From Monocercomonoides exilis PA203 (lineage: Eukaryota; Protista; Preaxostyla): DNA of 64,000 bases. This document shows, piece after piece, positions 1 to 11,161 of the stretch. Location of the stretch: contig LSRY02000069.1 in assembly GCA_001643675.2 (NCBI GenBank), positions 124,001-188,000 on the forward strand, read 5' to 3'. Positions within the stretch are counted from its first letter, which is position 1. Every line of letters starts with the position of its first letter. The notes under the pieces are model-generated. The model worked only from the letters and a program-made list of their open reading frames with translations. It had not been told where the DNA came from and did no database searches. The position numbers were made by a program, and so were the translations under genes.

Positions 1-567
1 TCGGAGGTTTCAGGGTTGTTATTCTCATCTCATCGTGTTTTATCAGTCAATAAGCTTCTTCAGCATGATTCATTTCGTCTTCACTGCCATCTCGCTCGAC
101 AAACTCTGTTGGAGTGTGCATGCCGACAACTTCCAGCACACCAGCAATATCCTTTCCATTTGTATATTTTCTTTCACCACCAGCTGCAACCTCATCTGCT
201 CCAACTCCAGTGCACTCAATATCGCCTCGTTCAAATGAGAAGGCGGAGTCATCCTTCCAGGCACCTCTTAGTGACTCCTCAACTGTTGATTCACTCGGCG
301 CTGCATCAACAATCAACTCTCTCCTCAGCATTTCGTATCGATGCTTTCAGGCTTTCGTGTTAAGGAAGAAACAGATGACAAGACACACCTTGAAATCTGT
401 CATTCTTTGCTCGGAGAGAAAGAGAGATAAGAAGTGGATATGGGGGAATTGAAGAAGGGGTAGAAGGAGAAGGAGAAGATGAAGATGAATCGAGTTATGA
501 AGATAAAATAAGAGGATAAGGAAGAGAAAGTTGAAAAAGGGAATACGAAGAAGAGGAAGAGGAAGGA

Positions 568-568
<1 letters not shown>

Positions 569-598
<30 letters not shown>

Positions 599-650
599 AA
601 GAAGAAGAAGAAGAAGAAGAAGAAGAGGAAGAGGAAGAGGAAGAGGAAGA
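569..650. repeat. (GAA)n/(GAGGAA)n microsatellite, probably poly-Ser coding on the minus strand
   Basis: Tandem GAA then GAGGAA units; they generate the shadow ORFs 400..708, 495..686 and 531..731. Confidence 0.9.
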
Positions 651-3253
651 GAAAAAGAAGAAGCAGAAGCATATGAGACAGAACAAATAAAATCAGAAGG
701 CTTAGCAAAACTTCAGCTTCACTTCTATTAGCAGAAGAGATTAAAGAAGAAGCCGAAGCAGAAGAAGAATTATCATTTTTGCTTGTTTGTTGTTCTTGAA
801 AATTTTCTTTGTATTTCTAAAAATACATCAAACAGCATGATTTTCTGCAAAGAAGTGGAAGAAGAAGCAAAATGAGCTCACAAATTAATTATCGAAATAC
901 GCCTTCGCATTTTCGCTTCGCTTTTGCTCCGAATGTTTTTGTTCTTTTGGAGCATAATTTTCTTCTTGTTCTTCTTGTTCTTCTTCTTTCGTTGTTCTTT
1001 TGAAAAGGATAAGTTTTCCGAATTGTCATTTTCTCCTTTTTCTGCAGCTGAAAATGTGCTTTTATTGTGAAACACATCTCCAAAGCTTCCAAATTGAACA
1101 GCCTGCCTGTCAAAATACAGATCATCTCGAATTTGAAAAACCTTCATCCACCAAACAACAAGAAAGCGATTCAACATTCTGCTTGATACACACTTTCCTC
1201 TGCTTCGCACAACCTTTGAAAAATGAATCACTTCTTTCAATCTTCTTCTTCTTCAGATATGAAACAAACGCATCTTTCTTCTTCTCAACCTGCTCCAGAG
1301 CCTTCTTCTGCTAGTCTTCGAGCTTTTTACGTTTTTTCTCAAAGTTCTTATTCTCTTCCTCCAGCTGCTCTTTTGTCTCCTTCTGTGTCTTTCATATGCA
1401 TCTTCTCCATCTACTGTTGCATCGCTTTCTCCAACTCAACTCGTTCGATGCGGCTTAAATTAGCCATCAATTTTGGCTCGGGAAAGCACAATAACGAAGA
1501 AGAAACTGGATGCTAAATTTGATTGGTGAAAGTTGGGGTGTTGGTGGAAGAAGGAGAAAAGATCACATTGAAAAAGGAGGTGAAAGTGAATGAGGTTTAG
1601 AAGGAAAAGCATTGACAATATGATTGTTATCAGATGGAATTTGCGAGGATAGAGAAGAAGGAAATGATGATGAAATCACTGAATACGTGTCATGAGCATG
1701 CCTGCCTTTCAACGAAGCTGACTTCCATGCTTCAGAATTGCTGCAATTCAGCTCGCTCAGCTCGCTTTTCTATCTCTCTTCTTCCTCTTTATCTTCGACA
1801 ATAAATTGCCCATTTCCTCTTATGTTTTTCCTCATTGCATTCTCCCCTGCTGCTTCTGCTTCCTGCTTTTTAACAATTGAACATAAAAACTCTTCCTCTG
1901 AAACGACTTTTCCAGACAATTGTTATACTTCAAAATATTTAACTCTAAATGATGTTCTGCTTCCATCAAATGATTCCAAATGGATCATTCTATCAACTTT
2001 TCTAATTAAAGTTCCATCTTTCTCCGTCTTTTAGTATTTCTCTTGTTCAATTCTTTTTCCTCTTTCTCTTTCTCTTTCATTCATTTGTTCATTCTCGTTC
2101 ATATTTTTCATTTTCTTCCTATTGACCTCTCTTTCTTTTCTTCCCAGCAGCTGCCCGAAGAACTCCTCCTCAAACATAGGAGCATCCACACAGCGGCAGA
2201 ACGATGGGTGGAAAATTGGAGCGATTGAAGAAGAAGAACACAACAGAGTGAATGGGTAGGTGGGTGTGTGTGTTATAAAAAGAAGGCGCGTGTTTTGATG
2301 AGTGCGGGAGTTGAGAAAGAGGCAGCAGAGACGAGGGTGGAGCCGGGAGATGGAAAGCAGAGAGGAAGAAGAGAGAGGATAAAGAATTGTTTGTGTAATT
2401 GAACTGAGGCATGGCTCACTGCCGTCAAAGGAAGTTTTCACAGAGGCAGCTGAAGAAGAAGTCGATAAAGATGTTACTGTTGGGTTTGCAAAAACAGAAG
2501 CAGAACTTGACGATGATGAAAAGAAAGAAGATGCATTTAAAGTCATTTCAAATATTGTTGTTTGAGCATTTGCTGCTTGATAAATATGTTTGCTTTTGTG
2601 TGAATTCGGATGATTCGTGATTGTGGGGACAATCATCCCTCCTCTCTCTTCTCTCTCTTTTTTTTTTTCCTCTTTCTTTCTTCACAGTTATTCAAGTCCA
2701 AAAAATCGTATTGAGTGCCTGAAACATCATAGCTCAGTTCGTTGAGCCTTCCTTCTCCCTTTATAGACGATGCAGAAACTGGAGAATGGCGCACCAGTGA
2801 AGTACGAGGAGACGAATTTTCAGTCAATTCCTTGTATTCCTTTGCACGCTTTGCTTTTGATGTTTTGTCTTTGTTCTCTGTCAGCTTTTTCAGCCAATCT
2901 CTTTCTGAGATCAGATCCTCCAGCGACTCAAAGAAGATGTTCAATTCTCTGCCTCACTTCACTGCACAAACATGATTCAATGAAATATCGATGCTGGAGT
3001 GAATTAGATATTCTGTGTTGAAATTTGTGATTGTTCCGTTGAAGAAGAAAAAAAGGAAGGAAGAAGAGGAGAGATAAAGAAAGAAAGATAGAAAGAAAAA
3101 AAAAAAAAGAAGAAGAAGAAAACGAAGACGAAGAAGGAGGAGAAATAGAAAGAAAAAGAAGGTGAGAATGATACAGATTGCTGGTGAGGTTCAGAAGAGA
3201 ATGGATGAGATATTGGAAGAGGAAAGAAAGGCGATGGTGAAGAAGCAGAAATA

Positions 3254-3424
3254 AAAGAAGAAGAAGAAGAAGAAGAAGAAGAAGAAGAAGAAGAAGAAGA
3301 AGAAGAAGAAGAAGAAGAAGAAGAAGAAGAAGAAGAAGAAGAAGAAGAAGAAGAAGAAGAAGCAGAAATAAAAGAAGAAGAAGAAGAAGAAGAAGAAGAA
3401 GAAGAAGAAGAAGAAGAAGAAGAA
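3254..3424. repeat. Long (GAA)n microsatellite with an internally repeated 'gcagaaataaaa' interruption
   Basis: Visible tandem GAA array; reads as poly-Ser in ORF 3004..3432(-). Confidence 0.9.
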
Positions 3425-6400
3425 AAGGTCAAAAAAGGAAGAAGCGGATGATGATGAAGATGATAAGGGTTATGAAGGTGGAGAAATTGAGAATTTGCGA
3501 AATGAATCCAATCCTTTTTATAAAGATGTTGATGATTTCTTGAGTGATGTCGATTGATAAAAATAATTCATTCGCTGAGTTGATTTCGGATGATATAAAC
3601 AATCCTCATCACAAAATATGTGAAAGAGAGAGAGATACAAACAGATGAAGAAATCAGTCCACAAATCATCGACTGCCTTTGAGTGGTTGAACTGCTTTGT
3701 CTCTCAGAAAAAGAAAATTGTGTTTGTCCGTTGGTGTTCGTTGTTCAAACGAACGAAACATTTGATGAGGGAATGGGCAAAGAAGAATTCGAAATCGAAG
3801 AAAGCATTGACGATTGAAGAAATTGATTTCAATGGCAATAATTTCAAAGGCAAAGAGAAGAAAATGACAAATTTTATGATTATGTGATAGATGAATCAAT
3901 TCTGGCAATGAACATCATTTATTGAAGCGAGACTGTTGAGAATGATGGGGAAGGTGAAGAAAAATAGAAGATGGAAGTTTTTCCAAGTCACGTTGGGCGA
4001 TAGAAAAAACTGAATGTGTTCTGAATGTGAATGCCCAGTCAGCTCATCAGCCCCGACAAAAGAGTCGCAACTGCAAAACATTCCGAACAAAAATTCCAAA
4101 TAAACTGCTTCTTCTTTTTCAAGATCATGTCAAGCATTGTCAGGCTATGCAACATGCAAAATAGATGGCAGAAGTCACGAATATCATCATTGAATGCAAT
4201 CCAAACAAGGATAATCTCAAAACTTATGGTTCTTTCGTGAAATGAAAAGAAGGCTTTTCTTTCAATGGCATTCCTGTTCATGACCAATCTTCATTCATTC
4301 AAAGAACATCTAAAAAGAAAAATGAACAAAATAAAAAAAATCAAACCATCTTTTTTATCTTGAATTATTTTCCCATCTCCAATGGATTTGTAATTATCAG
4401 CCTAGCTGGCTTTTTTGCTCTCCAAAATTGAATCTCACCTTCACATCAAAAAATAGACAACTGGATAACAAATGGTTGGTAAAGATCATCATCGAAAGCA
4501 GAAAATCCTTTATGAAACCGATAATGAAGTCATGTGAAAATTGATATTCTCCAAATGCACTCCTCTTCAAAGATTTCTTCAACGTTGTGTTTTTGTTGAT
4601 AGCTTTCCAACGATCTTCGCGCAAAATGGCAATGCGATAGTTGTAAAGGCCTGCTGAGTGCTTCGTTCAACTCGTTTCCTCCATTGTCCAACACCCAATT
4701 CCCTTTCCTTTTCCACAAAGAAAATCTTCCCCCCAAAAGCCATATAAAGCAAGTCCTGAACAAAAGATAAGCCAAGTGCAAAACATTTCCCTCGAAATGA
4801 ACAAGGTGTTCAATTCAATCTTTCTGAAATTCAACTCGCTTTTTTTGAATCTTGCTTGAGTAATTTTTCATTCAAAATATCACAGCCGATGTTACCTCAT
4901 ATGTTTTGTAATATACAACCAAGTTCACATTTCATGCAATTTCTCCCACTTATCACTTTTCGCAAGAAATCGATGCAAAAAGCCACTCGCTCCTCCATCT
5001 GTAGACAAAATCCCTGCTCTTCTGCTGTGCTATAACTCGCATGGATACATCTGCGACTGCAGGTCTTAGCACTCAAACATGCTCTGGCTGCAGCAAATCA
5101 TCAATCGAAGATCTTCACTTATAAAATTATATGTTTGTCACCCTTATTAATAAACCAAACAATAAATGAATGTTTTGTTGCCCTTCGTCTTACCTGTCTT
5201 GAGGCAAAAGACAACAAACGATGCAGAGGAATAAGTTAATGATTGTGCATGTTCAGGTATTTAAATCGATATTTGTGACTCTTTTTAAGCAAATGTTCCT
5301 CCAACATTCAGAAAAGGAATCAATATGTTGCTTCTCTTTGATTTTGCCGAATGCAGCAGGACCAGCAACAAATGTTTTATGGTGTGCACAGGGCATTACT
5401 GAATCACTATTCAGGCGATTTTATCTGTTCTTTTTTTTTATTATTATGAAATAAATATATTTTTTATTGACTTTTGAAAGGGGCTTGGGCGATTGAACAA
5501 TTTGAGGAATGCTGTGCAAAAAGGGGAAAGCAAAGAAATGGATGGAATACGAGAAGATGTGAGATTTGAAGAGACTGGCGCGATTTGTGGAGTGGGTTGT
5601 TGAAAAGATAGTCGAGAAAAAGGTGGATGAAAAGAGATTGAGGTTGGGGTTGGGATTTTGGTATTGGAGCTTTTGGGGGGATATTCCAAAGAGCCAAAGG
5701 TCTTGAAGGATGATTTTTTTTTATATCGTTCTTCACTGAGGAAAAGCTACAAGAAAAAGAATTTTGATGAAAAGAAGAACGAATAAGAAAAGGATAGAGT
5801 GCTTCTGAAGGATAATGGAACGAGAACCACAATTCTGAATGGGAACCTTACAGGGAAATACTGTTGATTTGTGTGCCTTGCCTTCTCAAAGCTATGTTGG
5901 ATAAAGAAGGAAAGGGAAGAGACTCAAAAATAAGTTGAAATGCGTTTGCCGCGAGAGTCATTTTCACACAACATTCAAGTGTGTCTTATTTTTTTTTTCA
6001 ATTTTTTATTTTTATTTTATTTTTTTTTTTTTGAAATGTATTTGTATTGAATAGGAAACAGACAGCGAGTGATATTTGAAGGAAGAAGCAGGAAACATCA
6101 GGTCCGATCAAAAGCAACGCAATTAAAGGGGAATTGTTAATGGATGAGTTTTGGAGAAAATGATGAAGAGATTGTTGAAGCGCAGAGATGGAGGAAGTTA
6201 GAGTAAACGAGCTGTGTTTTGGAAGAGAAGATTCAAAAGAAGTGAAACAGGTGGGAACGCATGTGAATTGGAAGAGAAAAAATGATGAGAGGACGAGAGA
6301 ATGAAGGAAATGAACGGATTCTGATGTGTATGATCGTAAGAAGATGAAGAAGAGGAATTTGGAAAAATTTGCATTTTCAGTTTCTGAGGTGAAAGAGGAT

Positions 6401-8469
6401 GCAACCACTCAAGAGCAGTCAAAGAACGATGGATATCCAATTCAATTGGTATGGCTCAATCTGTTTGTGAATTTTTTGTGATTATGTTTTTCTTATCAAT
6501 ATGAAATTCACTTATCATATTCAATATTTTATCTCAATGACAGCATCACATGAAGCCTTTTCATCATCTTCTTCAGAAACATCATTCGATTGATTACACA
6601 TTTCCTGTCAAATCTTTTCTTCACTTTCTTCACAGTGAATGTCATCTTTTTCATCTCCTTCTTCTTCTTCTTCTTTTCTTTTTGTTAAACATATTCTTTT
6701 TCGTCCTTTCCTCCTTCTCAATTGTCAACTGCATCAACATCCTCTTATTCTTTATTACTCCTTTTTGTTTTTTCCCATTTTCACTGGAATCTTCGTCTTC
6801 CTCTTCATCATCACGTGAATTCAACACTTATTCCTGATTTCTTTTTGTGACTCCAGTTGTTGTCAGTCATCGTCAAAATACGCTTTCATCACAACAATAG
6901 CATGCAAGTGGATGCACTGCGCGTTCTGAAGCGGTTTTCTCTCAATCGCTAAGCCATCACTTGAACCGAATTATCTGAAGCTTCCACAATTGCCGCTTTC
7001 ACATTGAATCAATAAATCACATAAAGTATTTTTCATTGAAGCAGGAGCACAGCAAAAGAAATCCCGAATAAGGAGCAGGACAATTGAACCAGGATTACAT
7101 GACAATTTGTGTCAGACACAAGAGCAGTGAAGGCAAAATAACTGAGAGGATGAAGGAAAGCTCTTCGATGTTTGTGATGACCATTCCAACATCAAATAAA
7201 GAGTCACAATTTCTCTTTAAGTGTCTGTTCAAAATATTTATAAAGCGAATGGAATTGGAGTTGAAATTGCAAAAGAAGACGCATCGAGGGGTAAAAGAGA
7301 AGGAAAATAAGAGTGCGAGAAATTTGCCAAAGAGAAAAAATCGGTATGCATTCACTAATATCAAGTGGATGAGAGAAGTGCATCAGATGTGGAATCAGGA
7401 GCTGATGAAGCAGTAGCACCCAGAACCAATTGCACGATAAAAATTAGTTTTTTCCCATTCCCCCTCCTTCCATTCTCTTCAAAGATTTACTGGTTAGTGT
7501 TTAACAGAGAGCAGGAGATAGTCATAGAGCTTCATAAGGAAGATACGAAGCTTTGGGAAAAGGGCTAACGAGGCTACGTCCAGGAAGGAAAGATAGATGA
7601 GGAGAAGATGATGGATAACTCAGCGATTATTGAGTAACCAGTTGAAGTTATGAAAGATGCTTTCGAGAAAACTGTTGTCAGAGAAGGATAGAAAGCAATG
7701 AAAAATTAACAAACTTTAATAAACAGAAAAATCCTTCAAGCCCATAAGCAGGAATTCATTACAAGATACGAGAATGGAAAAATAAAGAGGCAAAAAGAAG
7801 AATATGAAAAAGTTGGGCAAAGGAAATACCAACAGGATATAATCCATGAGCTGTAATACAAGGAAGAGGAGATAAAGAGGAAAGAGGAGGAAATAAGGTT
7901 GTTTCAGGAATTGAAGAAGAACAAAAAACCAAAATTCATCAAAGAAACAATGTTATTTCAAAGAAATCCGATTCGGCGTTTGAGAAAAGAGAAAATGCAA
8001 TTGTCAACCTCACAACTCAAAAGAAATGAAATTTATTAGAACTTGGTAATTGAGTAGTCGTAGAAGAAGAAGAAAAGGAAGAAAAGGAAGAAGATGAAGA
8101 TGAAGAAGAGAAAGGAGAAGAAGTGGAAGTGTAAGAAAGAAATGAGCTGTCTGGAAACGAGATAAATATATCCATAGAAATTGATCCGATAAGTTAAGAA
8201 GCAGAATCACTCCATGAAAGAAGATGATATTTCTTATTAAGAATTTTTATTTTCTCTTTCTTTCTCTTCATATCTCTCTTCTTCTTCTCTCTTCTTCTCT
8301 CTTCTTTTGCTTCTTTCTCCTTTTGTTGTGACTTTTCACACTGATTTTGAATCAACTTTGACATTTCTTCATCCACACACATCAGTCCTCCGTTGAATTG
8401 TTCATCATCATCATTTGTGTCGGTTTCCCTTTCTAACTTTCTCTTTTTCTCTATCTTTCTCTCTCTCTC

Positions 8470-10267
8470 CAATGCTCATTCTATCATCAACAGCAATCGG
8501 GTGTGCCATGCAACCTATTCTTTTCCAACTGCCAGGAAAACAGCATCAAGCTCGACTTCTGATCCAGATCAACCGATTTGGCCAAGCAGACACAATCCCT
8601 CTTCATTCAGTTCGTGAGGCTTTTTGTGTTTGAGGAGCCTGCTGTCATCCCAGCTCAGACTGCTCCTTCTGCTCCAAAGGCTGTTGCAATGAATGTTCAA
8701 CGCCAACCAATCGCTTCTGTGCTCATTTCAAGCAGAGCTGAGCCAATTCCATTCACACAAAGAATCACAAAGGAATTGAAAACAGATGCGAAGACAACAA
8801 CAGTGACATTTGTGTTGAAGGCTGCTCATATTCCAATTCGTCCTTTGATGATGCTTCTGTCGAACTGCTTTTCATCTGCTCCCACAATCCCCTTTCCTCC
8901 GTCCCTCCCTTACACTTTCGTGAACAAACTTTCCCATTCCCCAAATCCAAATGACCACCCACTTTCAAGTGTGTATTCAACAACTCAGCCATTTTAACAT
9001 CTCTCTCTCTCTCTCTTCTCTCTCACAAATATTTGATGTGCCATATCGAATTGTTCCTCTTATCTTTCCTGCAGCTGTGGAGTCAAGGCGTGCTGATGCC
9101 ATTCTTGCAGGCTTTGCAAAAGGAAATGCAGTTCCAATCAATTCCAATCCAGGCCCTTTCCTCCTCTTCAATTGATCCTGATGTGCAAGCTGCCCAAACT
9201 CCATTCAATAAAATCCCCTTCAATTCTGCTTTCTGTGCTGCTTCCAGGCAATGAGGCCAATAGACATCCACCCAAAACAATTGAAGAACCAGAGAATAAA
9301 TAAACCCTATCAGTACCATCCAGGTTTCAGCAGACAAGAGCAATGATGCCAACTTCGATGAAGGACGTTGCAAGGGAAAGAGAGCATTCTGACAGAGTCA
9401 CCAAAGGCGAAGATGAAATAAAGCCAAAGCATGTCGACACAGAAGCCAGAACAGAATAAATCAGGTTCCTTATTTCTGTTTCTTCACATCGTCTGATCAT
9501 CAGACCATTCGACACATCCTCCTTGGCACTCACAGACCTCTCGCTGTTCTTGCAACTCTCTTCACTTTCATTCCACCTCTTTTTGCAACTGTCCTTTCAT
9601 TTCTCACAAAAAAAAAATCCATTCCATTCGCTGCAGTTGTCTTTGCCCTTGCATATTAAGTGAGCAGATGCTTCAAAGTCAAACATGGGGACTTGACTAT
9701 TCCACAATGATAACGAACAGATGCTTCGCAATTTCTCACAAAAATATTTCATCTGGACTGGGAATAGGATAGATGCACAGAGGAATGGAGATGCTGGTGT
9801 TTCTGTTGTCACTTCATCGCACTTTGTCAGCATAATCCGGTGATAAAGGAACATTTGTAATTATTCGTGATTTCGCAGTCACTTCCTGATTTGTTGAAGT
9901 GGCAAAGATGCTTCTGCTCCATTTGGCTATGTTTGCTCCAAAGGTTGAAGATATCATGAAATCTGGATTTTCATTCATCAGCTGAATAAGGATTCCTCCT
10001 CACAGTCCGTACAATGTTGAACAAAAGCACTCATCAAAAGATCCGCATTTCACACTAATTTCATTTTCATTCCCAACACATTGCATCATCTACCCTCTGT
10101 TGGCTGATGTTGTGCTTCCGCATCCAGAAAATGAGCAAGAATTCATGTCGATGTTTGCCTTCATCATTGGAAAACAAGATGTCAGCTGCTCTGCTGGTTG
10201 TTCTTTCTATTCCATCAAATGCACATTCTGAAAGTGATAAGACAACTGTGCTTGTTGAAAACAACAA
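8470..10267 (-). pseudogene. Degenerate multi-pass membrane protein, possibly MFS-like
   Basis: Minus-strand fragments are hydrophobic helices (NLIYSVLASVSTCFGFISSPLV; WMVLIGFIYSLVLQLFW; VVVFASVFNSFVILCVNGIGSALL; AIGWR*TFIATAFG) broken by stops. Boundaries approximate. Confidence 0.3.
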
Positions 10268-11161
10268 AAATTAATAAGTGGCTGAGATAGACTTTGCCCA
10301 GTTCACATTTTCCCCATCTGTAACGACTCATTCTGAACATTTATCTGCCCTGCGGAAAATGCTGCGTTTTTAGTCTGCCCACTTCCAAAAGATGTGTTTA
10401 TCATGTTCATATCTCATTCCCCTGTTCCACTCGGCTCCATTATACTCGAATCACGATTATTCAGTTGCGTCAAATCATACAAAAGAGCAAGGCCGCAGAC
10501 AAATAAAATGCTTGCCAAGATAGAAAAAAAAGAAGTATAGGCTTTTCCAAATTCTATTTGCTCCGTTCTGCTTTTTCCACTTTGATGCAAACAAAATTGA
10601 AAAGTATGCCCCAGGACGTATGAAAAGGTATCCTCCAAATAACAATCACGATTGCATGCCCGTAGGTGTAATTCCGTTTTCTCCAAAAAATATTCTATTT
10701 GCAGGAACATGAGTGCAATTCAAATTATCAAATGCAGAAACTGAAAAAAATACATCCAAAAACAAACTTTGAAAGACAATTTTCTTGAATGATTACGCAT
10801 GCTTGCATTGAACAGAGAAACAATAGTTCCCAGTATTTTTGTGGGAAATATGAGAAAGTGGCATTAAGTTCTCAAATATATCTTGTTTGCCATCATTCAA
10901 AACAATTATTTTTTCATAAATAAAGTATTTCCTCATTTCAGCCAATGGACGCCAGCAAATATATTCGATAACCAAAAAGCTGTTCACAAAAAACAGCAAA
11001 ACGAAATAAAAAGATATGAATCAAACGATTGTGGGTTGTTTTTTGATCAGAATGATCAAGAAGCCATATTAGCGAGTCTGATCTGCCGGTTTTTTCGAAT
11101 CGACCACAAACGCTGTTTCTGAATCCAGCCGACGAGTCAGAGCTGCAGGGGCATAGAGGCA

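Noticed and set aside
400-731. Poly-Arg, poly-Phe and poly-Leu ORFs here and at 48004-48693, 55172-55573 and 61731-62102
   Set aside because: Alternative frames of GAA/TCT microsatellites.
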